From contig MU053810.1 in the NCBI GenBank assembly GCA_013239625.1, forward strand, positions 1,311,320 through 1,375,319: a DNA stretch of 64,000 nt, read 5' to 3'. A model generated the notes under the pieces. It did not search any database. It was not told the DNA's origin and saw only the letters and a list, made by a program, of their open reading frames with translations. A program made the position numbers and the translations under genes. The stretch is from Lama guanicoe (lineage: Eukaryota). This document shows positions 39,371-53,430 of this stretch, one piece after another (the first letter of the stretch is position 1; every line of letters begins with the position of its first letter).

Positions 39371-42300
39371 TAAATCTCTCTCTACCATAGTGTACGTATC
39401 CATTAGAAAACCCATCTAGCTTCTAGTAATACAGGTCTGGCTACAGTGACTTTAAAATTATTCTTAATAGTAGTATTTTAGAGATAAGTAACTACTGGCA
39501 TTGATTCGTGTATTCAAAGATGACAAAACCAAATCCGTGATTCTTTTGACCTTACATTCTGGACCTGGTATTCCATTGTAACCCCTTCCTGTTACCTCAA
39601 AAAAAAAAAAAGTGGGATAGAAGGGAAAAAGAGACTTAACCAGCAGCTCCACCAATTTCCACGTATGTCTCGTTTTCCTAAGAAATGGACTGTTGACAAG
39701 ATACTCAGTGGAAGTTTAGATGAATGGAATAAAGATCAGTAAAATTATCAAGTTGTAAGATGTTGTGATTTCTTAAGACGCTTTGTGCAGCATCGAGGCT
39801 TTTAAAAGTGTTGAGAGAGGAATTTTGAGGGAGTGAATGCATGAAGATTTCGTGGCCGTGCTGAGTTCTTCTCCGCCCTTCAAGGCAAAGCACAGTAAAC
39901 TGGCTTCAGACAGACCCCTCAGAGAGCACCGGTTGGTTTCCTGCAGTTTAAGAGCACACAGACTGGTGTTTTCATGCACGTGAGTTACTAAAGGTGGCTG
40001 GTGGTGGCCGCTGGCCTCGGGCGGCAGGGCGGAGTGAGCATAGAGGGGCTTGGGAAGGCAGCCGCATGCGTCCTCTTAGAAGTAGGTCAGAAGTATACAG
40101 ATCCTGGAGATGGAATGTTCTATCATGTTCATGATGTCTGCCTAGTGGTTTTAAAAAAGGTTTCCTCAAGGCGGTTTTGCTGCAGGTTGTGGGGACCCCA
40201 CAGTAAAAAGACTCCAAAACAGCCTTCTGAAAAATCCATGGATTCTTTAAACACGTACTAGGCCCAGAGAACTGAAGAACAGCTCAAGTAAGAGCATCTT
40301 CATCTGCTTTCCCCTGGCCTTCCCTGGACTCCAGAGCCAGGTGGACCAGAGGCAGCTGGGAGAGGAGGAGATGAAGGAGAAAGAAAACGCAATTGACTGA
40401 CTCTCAGACGATGGCCAGCCCTCCTGAAGCCCCTGCTGAGGGAGAGGAAGAAACACGTTTAAGTTTGGGGTTTTGATTATTACATAAGAGTAAGCATTCA
40501 AGTCACCGAAACAGGGCTGACTTCTGTCACTGAAAGAGACCATCACACTATTGATTTACCTAAAGTGAGCAGGGAAGTCATGAGGCCTACTGGAATTTTT
40601 ATGTATATGTAGCAAATGTAAAGACTCTGGAAGACAAAATGGATTTTATTTTTATTGCATTCCAAAAGCCATGTCTGTGCAGTGCACTAGTTTAATAGTT
40701 TTTCAGTTGGGTGTTCTTCAGGGTTTTTGTTGGTAAGGAAGAAAGAGAGAGGAGATACGGGGTGGCTGCCCAGAAGTTTCTTCCATAGACCTCGTCTGCA
40801 GGTTGAGCAGAATGAACTGGACCCAGGGTCCTCAAACATGACTACACAGTTATGAAAAAAGAAATGGTATTAAAAAGTAGGTAAGCTATAAAAATTTAGT
40901 AAGATTTTGATTCTGGAGAGTGAGTTAGTGAGAGACAAATGAAAAGGCCTATAACAAGGATGTACTGGACTGGACGTTTGACTCTTATGGAAGAATCATT
41001 ACCAGAAGGACTTCCAGTTTGGTGAAAGAATAAAGTAACTTATTCCTAGAGAGGTTTATTTAGCGGCTTGCCACTGTGCCAGTGAGTGACAAAGCTGGAT
41101 AGAGAACCCCCTGATCCCAGATCAGAGTCAAAGAGGAGTCACTGATGGCTTATATCCACATTAGTCATATGATCAATATTCTGTTTTAGGAAGGTTAGTG
41201 TCCCATCCCTGCAGAACTAAGAAATGAATGAGCAAACACACCAGCCACGTGCTGAGGGCAGGGGGCACCTAGGGTTAAGTCACAGGACTGGTCTGCCTAG
41301 ATGCAATCTCCAAAACAAGTCTGAGGTCACCTTCCTGGAGAGGAACCACTCGGTACTAGAAAGACGGCATCACATAACAGGTCAAAGAATTCAGGAGAGA
41401 AGGCGAAAGTCTTAGTCCTAAAGATCAACAGAAGGGAGCCAAGGATGTATAAACTAAGTGTTTAAGCCGAGGCAGTGAATAAGGTCACGTGCCAGAGGAC
41501 GCTTTTCCCCCTGTGGATTTCTCTCCACGGATTATGACAACGTGAAGTGTTAAAGGCACAGGACAAAAAATTCGGTGGGGATGAAAGTAAAGAGAATGCT
41601 TACAGACCGCAATGAATCATAATAGCTACAGGCACACCATGCATCTAAAAGGAAAGTGATGCTGCATTAAGGGAGTAGCAGAAAGTTAATTTTGGAAAAG
41701 AAAATTTAGAACTTAATCCTTAATTAAATATGAGTGATGGATGAGAAAGAAGGAGGAAGAATGAAAGATTACCCTAACCGTTTTTTAATAACTGGGGCAT
41801 GGTGATACCGTAAAGAGTTGTTTTCAAGAGAATAGACCTACTCTTCTGTTCAACTCTTCAGAAAGTGTATTTCCAGCTCCTTCAGGAATGTGAACCAAGC
41901 ACTCCTTCACCAGAGCTAGGGTTTGTTTGCAATTATTATGGCATTTTTTTTTTAGCCTTTGCTCTTAGATTCCAATGAGGTCACCTCCCACAAAAGATTG
42001 TCTGTGGAAGCTGAGTGTTTGGCAAGACTCCTAGAGAAGGAAGCCCAGACTCAGACCATAAGAGACATGTCAGCAAACAGTTTAACTTCCTTTTTGTCAT
42101 GTGGGTGACCGGAGTAACAGGAAGGCTAGGGTTTTTTTTTTTTTTCCTTCTTCTTAATTGAAGCCTCGTGAAAACTAAATTCTTAGACTTTGCTTTATCT
42201 GAGGGGGGAAATGCTCAGAGCTCTATATGGTGTACAACTACACAGAGGGTAAATGTTACGAAGTTGAGGTGAGGAACGGTTTCAAATACAGAGACAGATA

Positions 42301-43387
42301 CAATGTCAAAAATGTGGGATGTTATTCTCCTTAAAAGAAATCGTATAGCAAAGAAAAAGTCTTGAAGCTGGGCTTTTATTTTAGAGAAAGTATCCATTGC
42401 ATCACTAAATAGGGTTCAGCTGTACAGAGACAGATGGGGAAACTCATGGGCTTGTTTGTTTCTAGGATGCTGGCAGGATGTTGGAATCTCTAAATGATCT
42501 TGATTAGAAAAATGGCTGAAATGAAGTAGCTCAGATTCAACAGGCACGCCGCCTCCTAATTCTCTGCCCATCACACTTGGAGGCTCCCCTGCCCTTTAAA
42601 ATACCCCCCCAGCGCACACCATGCATTATGAGAAGTGTTCAAAAATAAATAAATAAATAACACTTCAAAATCGAGTTTGGCCCCCACAGTGTCTCGGAAG
42701 GGGTCGCGGAAATCTCAGGTTCCACTCCTTTTGTGCACGGAACCCCAGCTTACGTCTCTAGTCTTCTACTGGGAGATCAGTGTGAGAAATGACAGACACA
42801 AGTTATTTTATTGGCAGAAGGAATTAAATAAGGGAGTGCGAGTGTATAATAATTGAACATTAGTATTTACTCAATATTTGCAATGTATGCGTTTCCAGCA
42901 GCAACTAAGTGATATGGTGGTATCACGTTCAGGACACGGATTATTTGAATGTTTTCAACTCAACATGGCAGGGTATAGTTTGAATCACCATCAACGAAAC
43001 CCCAGAGTTGCCGTTGCCCTGAAGAGTCAGTATGGGGTTTTGTGTCTGTGTATCACATGTATCAGAACACATGGGATTTCTTTCAGGGGTGGTGGCAGTG
43101 AAGATGAATGTTATTTTCACAGTAGAGCAGGGTAAATTAAATTGAAAATATCTCTGGTCACCTCCCCCCACCTCAACTTTAAGGTATTGCAGTAACTCCC
43201 CCATCAGATGCCCACCACAGGGTACTGCTTCCTTGTGTCCTGAAGTCCCACTGTGGTACCAAGGGGTGTCTCCAATTCTGAGAAAGAAGAAGGAGGAGGA
43301 AGAAAGGCTTTTGATTTTTTTAAATAAATAAATGTCTATGGGGTCTTTCAAAAAACACAATTGAATCTTAGCTTTATTTTGGAGCAA

Positions 43388-43527
43388 GGGGAGGTATAGC
43401 TCAAATGGTTGAGAACGTGCTTGTCATGCAAGAGGTCCTGGGTTCAATCCCCAGCAGCTCCTTTAAAAATAAATAAACCTAGTTACCTCCCTTCCCTGCC
43501 AAAATAAAATAATTAGATAATACAATA
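43388..43527 (+). mobile_element. tRNA-derived SINE (Vic-1-like)
   Basis: ggggaggtatagctcaaatggttgagaacgtgcttgtcatgcaagaggtcctgggttcaatccccag, then aaataaataaacctagttacctccc and an A-rich tail. Confidence 0.88.
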
Positions 43528-43555
43528 AGAAAGAAAGAAGGGAGGAAGGAAGGAA

Positions 43556-43625
<70 letters not shown>

Positions 43626-43628
43626 AAA
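43528..43628. repeat. (GGAA)n/(GAAA)n tetranucleotide microsatellite
   Basis: Directly visible, about 16 perfect GAAA units at the SINE tail. Confidence 0.95.
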
Positions 43629-43633
43629 TACTT

Positions 43634-43875
43634 GGGGATGACAAAGGATAAATTTCTCAGTTTGAAATTTGCAAATGTTAACCACTATATACAAAAAAAG
43701 ATTAAAAGTTTTCTTCTCTGTAGCACAGGGAACTATATTCAATATCTTGTAATAACCTTTAGTCAAAAACAGTATGAAAATATACACACACACACACACA
43801 CATATGACTGGGGCATTATGCTGTATACCAGAAATTGACACATTGTAACTGACTATACTTCAATTAAAAAAAAAA
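43634..43875 (+). mobile_element. 5'-truncated L1 3' UTR containing a (CA)n run
   Basis: tgtagcacagggaactatattcaatatcttgtaataacc...ccagaaattgacacattgtaactgactatacttcaatt(A)n. Confidence 0.87.
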
Positions 43876-46719
43876 GAAACTTAACATTGGCCATTTTATT
43901 AATGTTCCTTTCTACCCTAACCATATTCTGAGTCAGATACTTTATGGAGCCTCATAGTTCTAGACTATTTTGGAAAATGTGGTACCCAACAGCATCTAAT
44001 TGTAATTTGTATCTCCCTGGGTCACTGTTACCCTGTGGTTAAAAAGTTCCTGTCATTTGGTTTCTTGAATTTATCTAGTTTCCTCCTTTCCCCTTTCTAC
44101 ACAATCCAGAAATAATTGTATTCATGGTATTACACAGCAAAAGAGCTGAAATGTGGAAATTTTTTTGTTTCTCAAATGACAAGGAAAAAAGAAGGAGTGT
44201 GTCAGAGTTTTGTCTTTGAAAAAAAATTAGTGCTACCTGGTTTTCATTTTGTTTTCATATCCAAGTAGAAAGCATCTAGGAATTGCTTTCTATTCATATT
44301 ATTGTCATCTTAATACCATCTGTATTCTTTTATCTTGGACATTCATTTTTCCTAATGGTCCCAAAGACAGATAAAAGTAGGCTTACCTAAGAGAAAAAGG
44401 CTAAAATGATCAGGTTGAAACTTCCCAAATGTGTATTTATCATAAGTTTATCAGATTTAAACGTCCTGAAGGTATGTTTAATGTAGTACAATATAAACTC
44501 CACCATGATGGGTTATGCATTTATATGACAGCATATATGGTATGATGAATCTGATAAACAGCAAGTAATACATAAGGGCATTCTAGAATTAACATTCAAA
44601 GTCTGTTAGATAAAATGATTAAAGTGAATAATGAATCTCACTAAAAATATTATAAAGAAACTGTATGTATTAGAGTACCAAGCAATAATTACATGTACAC
44701 TCACTACTTTTTGATCATCAGACAAAGGCTTTACATGCAAAAGGAAAAAGTGCCTTCTGAAATACCAAAAGGAAATGGCAGCAGATAATACTTTATAAAG
44801 AGTATGTTTCTTACAAGCAAAGACGTCATCTTGAGACAGATTAATAATTTTGCTTTATTTATTGACCAACTTTTCTTTCCTCAGTACAGTATTAGGTTTT
44901 GTTTAGAACTTTTGTTTATGGTGCTTTAATTCTCCATTGCAGATTGTAGGATCCAACAGACAAATTATGGAAAAAGTAAGACCTTCAAGGAATAACAGAA
45001 ACCATTCGTTACATTCTTGCAGTGAAAAGCCTTTGTCAGGAGAGAATGTAGCTATTCTACAATCTAACATGAGCTTGCCCGTCTCTTAGGCAAACTCATT
45101 GGTTGATATTTAATAGCTAGTACAAATTTTTATGACGTGTATATTTTAAAAAATATTTCCCAGCCACTAGACATGACCTCCTTGGGGCTAAATTGTAAAT
45201 TCAACATATATTAAATGACTTGAGTTTGTTACAGTCCATACATCCAAACCCTCTCCTTTTATTGTTAATAATAACAAATAAGACCATAATGACAGGAACT
45301 GGAGACCATCCCTGAGTAAATAAAGATTAATGTGTACTTTTCTTAAAATTAAAACTAATCTTGGTCATGGGTGGCATATTTTTAAAGATGGTTTTCAATA
45401 ATACATGTCAAACTCAACCCCAAACTAAATTTATTCAAACCTTACAACATACTTTGTTTTTCAGGGTTACATGTCAGCAAAACAATGTACTTGTATATTT
45501 ATACATCCCCCTAGATTGGCTTGAATCTTTGTGGAAACAGGATAACAGACTATTCCAGGAAATCTATTGAACTGTCTTAGTGATTAACATCCTATCACTC
45601 CTCTGTGAAGGAGTATTGAACTCTGTGATCTTCAGAGTTACCAAAATGTGTACATTTTTGACTGGGGCTGGGTGCCCCTTCTTTTAAAATCCATTTACAG
45701 GTATAGAAATTACTTACAAAGAGCTAGCCTAAACAACCAAGACTATGGAGAGTTTTTTTTTTTTAATGTAAAACTCAGCCTGCTTACATAGTTGACTATC
45801 CTATATCGTTACTTCCAGTCCCTGAGTAAAAAGTGAAAAAACAAAGGTAGAATAAACAATATAAAAACAAGCTGGAAATTTACTGAATTGAATGGCAGGA
45901 GAAAAAGATCAAAATAATCAATACTGTAAATATGCATATAATCCAACTAAACAAGCCTATTTCTAAGGCATGGTGTGACAGTCTGAATAATTTAGAAAGA
46001 TCTAAGAACAGTAACAACAAGAAAAAGTACAATCTGCATAGATAGAGATCAATTTAGGTTAACATTTCTGCGAGAAGATCTGGGTCTTTTAAAATTTGAA
46101 GTCCCAGGTTAGGTGACTTGAGTTTGCGAGTCTAGAGTGAAAGAACTTAAGGTAACTGGCATCCATGTGTTACTCAGAGAGAGAGGGTGCAGTTGTGAGG
46201 TTAGAGTGGGGGTGGCCTCAGATAGACTTGTGCAAACAAAGCCATTACCATTGGCTCCAGGAAGCTCCCTCTTCTTTCAGGATCTCATTGAACTTGATTC
46301 ATATGGTGACTTACCAGCCATAGCCATTTTGTAGTTAGTCTGAACATAGCCGTCTTATCATCTCCTTGCGGGTGATGGTCAAGTTCAGTTTCCCTTTGCA
46401 TTTCTTTTGTGTATTTGCGCCCTTGTAGGAAAAATTTTGCATACCAACTAGTGTGGTAATTTTTAGTGATTCAGATAAGGTAAAAATTATGTAAGATTCC
46501 TGGATAAGCCTGAGTGTTATTTCTTCAGTTAACCAGAATTGTACTTGATTAAACTGTCTAATAATTCTAACGTAGTTTGTAATGTAACCTCATATTAATT
46601 CTGATAGTAGAAGGGGAAAATCAGCACTCATTCTTCTTATTTTAGCCCCTGGCTCCACTTACAGATCAAATTAAATGTCTGACATCAGGATTTTTGAAAA
46701 GAGGTGTCTTTATTAGCAT

Positions 46720-47230
46720 GCAGTGTCAAGATGGGAAGCACTGCACATTCTGGCCCTCCCTGCCTCAGGTTTTCTGCGTGCCCCCGCATCTATTCTCTGC
46801 TCTCTTTTCCCACGCTCTGTTCCCGGGATGCTGACCTTCCCGGATTGCGTCGGCAGGCTCCCTTGCCCTTTGGCTTCTGATTGAATTCAGCCAGGAGGAT
46901 GCACTGGTAGAGATCAGAGGGCAGAAGGAGAAAGAGGCTGTTTTCTAGGACCCCTCCCTCCAGGACTGCGGCAGGCTGACCGTACCTCCTAAAACACAGC
47001 TTCTGCCCGGGAGCCCTCCTCTGCTCTGGTTCTACTTCTCAGCTCAGGAAAGAGCTCTCTCCTCTTGCTCTTTCAGCTTCCTACTATGACTTGCCCTGAC
47101 ACCCTGCTTTATCCTTGTTGCCTTGCCTAAGCTTCCCTTTCATTTTTGTATAGCATCTCTTTAACTAAACCCTCCTCGGTGAACTAAAAGGACTATGTCG
47201 TCTGTTTTCTGCCAAAACCCTAACTGAACT
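46720..47230 (+). mobile_element. Ancient ERVL LTR (LTR33-like)
   Basis: gctctgttcccgggatgctgacct...ggctcccttgccctttggcttctgattg...ttcagcca...gagatcagagggcagaaggagaaagagg. Confidence 0.7.
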
Positions 47231-49619
47231 CATCCCCATCTCAACTCTTGATTTGAAGGAGAGAGAAGATTCAACGGCAGTGCTCTGTAGGCGTAGAGAT
47301 CCCTCAAGTACAGGAACCGGGGATTCTGTGGGATACTGTCCTCCTAAACTCATTTTAGATACCTGACCTGATAAAGAAACTCTATACTTATTCATTTGAA
47401 AGAGACATGGAAGTTTGTATCGAAGCTTAGCAGATGCTCATCACAACTGCCTTTTATCAACCTGCTTTATTGAAAGGAACTTGCCCCGCCAGTTAATTTG
47501 TGGGCATCAGAGATGGCCAAGAGGAAGCAGTCCATTTAACTGATTCATGCGTAATGATGGGGGGCTATTTATGCTTATATTAACATGTAACCTTTATGCT
47601 TTTATGCAAGACAGCATCTGATGCTAAGTAACAAAATGGAGTACTTAAGTGAGGATCATCTTACAGATTAGAACTTAGCAAGAAGATCTTATCTCATGAT
47701 GAGATCCCATGACGAGACCAAAAAGGTTGTATTAGTGGACATACTATAAATCACCATTGCTTCTGAATACTGTGGGTCAGGTAGCGCTGTCTCATTTCGT
47801 TTTAAGGAAGAAAACTCCATGAGGATGTTGTTTTCAGATGATGAACCTGAGGCTAGAACATGCTTCGTATCTTTCACAAAGTTACGCAGCCAGCAAGCAG
47901 CAAAATTGGAATGTAAACCCATTGTGACTATAAATAATACTCTCTTAACTGTTAACCCTCATAATTAGCCTCCTACTGCATATGTAGAAAAGCAGCCATT
48001 TATAAAGCTGTTCATTGTCCATTTGGTGTAAGGAAAAATTAGTTATATTTTGATAACAATATATAAACAATTTATCTCTTACTGATTATAACTTGGAATA
48101 AACTATGGATCAGTTCTAATGGAAGGACATTATCAGATAATTTTCCTCTTTTTTTTACTTGTTCCCTAGTGTCATTATATCTTGTAAAATCTTAGTGATC
48201 TCTGAATTAAGTATATTTAAAAAAATGGATAGGAATCAGATTATTTTCTTAGCTCCTAAATAGCACATCAAGCAACAAAGTATCTTTTTCCCTACAAAAA
48301 CAAGTTCTGCTTTTCCTCTATTTGCATTTTTTTGTTGTTGACTAAATGCAAGTTTTGTAGCTCATGTAAATATGGAAAAGCGAAGTTTCACTGGGTTAAA
48401 TGTGGATCTAATTTCCCCTCGATTTTCTTTTCTTTTTAAAACATGACACCATTTCTTCTTCTGTCTGTTTTCTCTGAGACACATCCAAAGGTTAGTATTT
48501 CCTTCTCCAGCCATTCATTAGGGAGGGTGCTGGCATGTGGTTGCTGGCTGGGATTATTAATACGAAAACTCATTCCACTGTCTCAGCTGCTACATTGTTT
48601 CCAACTTTGGTTAACCAGTGACCCAAAATATTTGTAGAATATAAAATATTTTAGGTTTAAAGTTGATTTTAAAGCTTCCTCTGTTAGTTTCTCAAGAACA
48701 GAGCTGGGCACTGTTTAAGTCTGTGTCCCTGGCACTGTTTGGCACATGTGTGCTTTAAAAAAAAAATAAAACCAATGATAATACATTTTTCTTAAAATTA
48801 TTTTCTTGTGTTGAATGAGGTAACCTATGTACAGCCTTTTGCTCTCCCTGGTTCAGGAGTAAGAGGGACATAAGTATGTTCTGCTTTGTTATTTAAGACA
48901 GAGAATGTGCTGGTTATTTATGTTGTTCTTAACAGAAAAGTTTTGAGAGCTGTGCTGAGCACTGTGATAAAAGATCTAGGAGAGGTGATTGGGTGGACAG
49001 AGGAAAGGCACAGAGAAAATTTTTAAGAGCTGGATGAGATTTGAAAAATGTCCTCAGGTGACCTAGAAGTAAGTGTTCCTCAAACTTTTTTTTTTTTCTC
49101 CCATCAAAAGAGCCCTAGTAACAGAAAGAAACAAAGGCATATCCGTGGAGAAGTTTAGGAGTTCAGCTTGAAGAAAATTGCTGCAAGGGTGTTTTGTTGA
49201 TAGTCTCCTGCTTTATCTTTAAAAACTTAGCAAAATCTGCAACGTATACATGGTGCATCCACATATACAATGTTTTTCAAGGCTTTTTTGGTATAACTGA
49301 TGCCCACAAATTAGGTATGACATTTCTATCATGATCTACATACTCTTTAGCATACTATTTTATACCAACCTGCTCAAATAACACCAGCCTAAAGGTGGTT
49401 CACATGCCCAGTCTTCTTAGAAGTACATGGCAATTAACCTTCCTGTAGGAAAGTCACTATTATGAATTGGTTGCTTCTGAGCGGGGATATATAGGTAAGT
49501 AAGGGACCATAGAATTTATTCTTTTAACTGGAACATGTTTGAATGTGAAAGGGGGCACAAATTAGGTAAGATAAATTACCCAAAACTGTTCCAAGGAACC
49601 CAGATCAGAACTATTTTTA

Positions 49620-49953
49620 TTCAAAACTCCTCTGACACCAGCCGTGTGGGTATTTTCCTCATACAAGCCTCTTCTCTGATTCTTAAGAGACCAACTGGGT
49701 GTCCAACAATTCAGTTCGATTCTAATACTGTCTGCCTGGAATTAGCACCAGATCCCACAAGTTCAAGGGCTCAGTCACACAAGACAACCACCACTTCAGG
49801 TACCAGTCACAAGTGCTGGGCCATCCGCACTTCCGACCAACCGGCTATAAATCAGGGCTTCCCACAACCCCCTCCTCAAGTTCAAGAATTTGCTAGAACA
49901 GTTCACAGAAAAACCATTTTCCTTGCTATAACTGGTATAGGATAAAGGATACA
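49620..49953. mobile_element. MER21/MER34-like LTR fragment
   Basis: ctgggtgtccaacaattcagttcgattct...cagatcccacaagttcaagggctcagtcacacaagac...ctataaatcaggg...aatttgctagaac. Confidence 0.7.
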
Positions 49954-49974
49954 CCACTCTAGTACCTAAAAGGT

Positions 49975-50105
49975 ACAATGTCTATGACCTGGGCAAGTTA
50001 CTTAAACTCTCTAGACCTCAGTTTTTCAACCATCAAATGGGAATAACTTCTATTTCTAAGGTTCACATGCATGAAGAACAAGATAATGTATACAAATCAC
50101 AATGT
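49975..50105 (+). mobile_element. MIR
   Basis: tgacctgggcaagttacttaaactctctagacctcagttttt. Confidence 0.8.
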
Positions 50106-53100
50106 ATACCTATTAAGCAGGTAGTTCTTGACCTTTAGAACTAGAGGTTTTAATTTTGGAATCATCAGTGTATAAATACAAGGGACAGGCAGAGTGAATG
50201 AAATAATATAAGGAGGCATATGAGTAAGGATGATATCAGGGAAGGTTGGTGTTATGAAATATTAGGGCAGATTCAGCCAGAGAATCCTAGAGAATTTCAG
50301 CCCGTGTCATCTGAACTGTCCAATGGTGAAGACCTCAGCAAGGGAAGGTCTGGAAACTATCCACTTGTGAACAGCTAAGATGCTATCAGCAGCCTTAATT
50401 TGAACAGTCTCCGTGAATTAGGATGGTACATAGGATACAGGACTGACAAGTGATTCAGAAACAATTCATATGGGGTAAATATTAGAAGCGAATTGATATT
50501 TCTTAAAAATGGGAGTACTGAAAATTACTTTCAGTTTAAAACATGCAAAGAATCCTCTGATCTCTTGCACACATAAACCTATTTAATGACTGAATGTGAT
50601 TTCTCCTCCAAGTTGCATTTTCTATTGGTCTAAAAATGAAAAAGAAAAAAAGGCAGTAGAGAGGAATTCTTGGGAAAGAGTTGAACATTCATTTGCCCTC
50701 TTCTGTTCAAGTTTTCCTTTGTTCACTTGGGTTTGTCTCCTTTGTGCTTTAAGAAGACTTTGTTCTTCTTAACTTTTATGCAGATAATTCAAAGGCAACT
50801 TCTGAATATTCTATGTAAACTTCAGAATAATACCTAGGTTATTCTTTGGTGGCCCATGGTGATCCATTTTAATATAGGTTTTCCATTAAAAAAAAAAGAC
50901 TTGAATTCCATACCATGGCTTGTGACTCCTAATTATCATTATGAATATATATGCAAATTTATGCATGATAAAGTTCTCACAGTCTAAAGATTTTAGCTAG
51001 TCTCTTTTACTGTGACACTCTGAATATTCTACAAATTATGGACCTCACTCCATTACTCATGGGCCTCTCAATTCACTGAAGTACTAACTAATCATGAAGA
51101 TAAATGTTACTTCTTTTTTTTTCACCATTACAGCTCTCATAATGCAGGGTTTAGTGAGTTAATTGTTTAATTAACTTTATAATGAATGAAACAGGGCAAT
51201 AGAAATATAGAGAAATACTTGTGTAGATTATAGGAAGGAACTCAAAATATCATTTTGGTCTTTTTTCCTTCCTCTATTATTTTGGAACCTTGATGAAGAG
51301 GGGTTTGAGCCTTCTTTTGCTGCTTAGAAATGATTCTGGGACCCAACAGTCATCAGATGGGTAAACCCAAGTGGAAGTATAATCACATGTTCACAGTTTA
51401 ATTAAGCTCTTCATTAACGATGAGCAGGGTTATCATTGATACACTGAGTGGCTTCCTGACATGTACAGCATTAAGGACAGGCAGGCACAGACTTTAAAGT
51501 ATAATATTGTCTCCTGTGGGAGCAGATGAATTTGTGATTTCCTCAAAATGACAAAATGATTTATCACTTCCCATATGCACTGCCACCCACCTGGCAGGAG
51601 TAATGCTTCCCCCTGGCATGCTCCCTTCAGTGGGAACAAACAATTTTGATGGATAAAAGACTAGGCCAAGATGAAGAAAAGGGACAGAAAAGAATTTCAT
51701 CAAAAAAAAATATGGTTTTATGCATCTTATTAACAAGATGTGTAGCCTGACACATTTCACCAAACACAGTCATCATTCAAACCTTTAAATGAAGGCCTGT
51801 TTAATGTTATCCATGCTCTGCTGATTTATAAGATAAGCACCAGTAAAGAAAGGTATAAATGTTCTTGGCTGGGACAAATGACCATTATCCATATTTCTAC
51901 ATAGGTGAACCCAAAAGGAGTGGCATATTAAATATTTGCAGTTTCTTGTTCTCACTATATTTTTGGAAAGGAAACCTTTGCTGTAATAAATGTCTGCATT
52001 TCTTTGCTTGCACGTACTCCCAATTGCAAACAAATAATTTTCAGTTGAATCTAAAATTCAGTGTTCTTAAGGTAAAAAGAGGTTGGGGAACAAAGTTCCC
52101 CAAAGAAGCTACCTTTGTTGTGGAATACAGTAAGAGAGAAAATGAGATAGCATGAATATTAAAGAGGAAAATACCTCCATACAGAGGGGAAATCGGGAAG
52201 TGACTATCAAGAGATTTAGATGTGCTAAGAAAATGTGAAAGAGACATGGCAGTGTGTGCTGGGGCAGAGTTCTTGAATATTTATGGACTGGCTCAGCCTC
52301 CTGCCCCACCTGCCACATAAAAGTCTTATGAAGATCTGAGGTGTTTGGCTTCCATAGAGTGTAAGGAACTGTAACTTTTTTTTTTTTCCTGTTTATCTAA
52401 CAGAAAGGAATCAGTCCTTCTCCTCTGATAATCACTTTAAAATTATCACAGAATTGATGTGGACCTAAGCCTCATTTTAGAGAGCGGAAAACAGGATGCA
52501 GCTGGTAAATATTTCGCCCCCTTCTGCGGGATTAAAAATTGCAAATAGTGGGGATTTGTAGACAGAAGAATGCTGTGAAAGTTATAGAAACTGCATTTGA
52601 GATCAGAAAGAAATAATCATCAGTTTGGGGTTTTGTTCTTGTAGTTCTGCAGTTTTCATTTTAATAGTGAAACCCAAATTGAAGAGTTTTTAAAATTCTG
52701 CAGTGAGACTTGGCAGAAGGGTCTGTTTCAGGAGTTTGCCCTTCGGATGCAGGAAGAGAGAAAAGATTTTCTAGACCATTTTTGACCTTGATTTCAGCAT
52801 TTATTTACCACTTTGGGTCTGACTTTCTTCACTGTGACTATGGATGATTGGAATATACACCTAATATCAAAAACCTAAAGACCCCAAGAAATCATATATA
52901 TTTGTGGAGAAAAGACAATGGTGTTATCCAAAATTATCCCCGTTATACCTGAGATAAAGTGATTGCTCTGTGAGGTGTATCTAGACATGTGACATACAGA
53001 TTGCTGAAAACAATTCCAGTAGGATAAAGATAATTTATTTATGGTAGGTGGTGATTTTAATAGGAAGACTTATTACCATATTTCTGATTTACCTTCTTAC

Positions 53101-53199
53101 AGTTTCCACACACCTCTGCTCTGCTAGAGGGCCGAACACTTACCTTCACTGTGTGTGAGCTTGGTTTGAGAACGCCAGTGGAATGCCATGATTAAGTGT

Positions 53200-53430
53200 A
53201 TAGAATTCAGGATTCAGGGTGTCTGAGTTGATATGCTGGCTCTGATGCTACAAGAGTTAGGGTGAGTTAATTACTCTCTCTTCACTGTCTTCATGTGTAA
53301 ATTGTAGATGGTAATAGAGCCCACCTCAGAATGTAGGTATAAAGGTTAAATGGGTCAACACTGGTAGAACATCGAAAATGATGCCAAGTACATAGCAAGT
53401 GCTAGATTCTTGCAGGTGCCATGATTATTT
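53200..53430 (+). mobile_element. MIR
   Basis: ttcatgtgtaaattgtagatggtaatagagcccacctcagaat...aaggttaaatg...acatagcaagtgct. Confidence 0.7.

Noticed and set aside
43388..43460. tRNA-like sequences here and at 5540-5610 and 63790-63863
   Set aside because: Degenerate stems, shared non-tRNA 3' body and A-rich tails indicate SINEs, not tRNA genes.
50951..50958. Octamer ATGCAAAT and nearby homeobox-like AT motifs
   Set aside because: Expected by chance in 64 kb of AT-rich DNA; no independent support.
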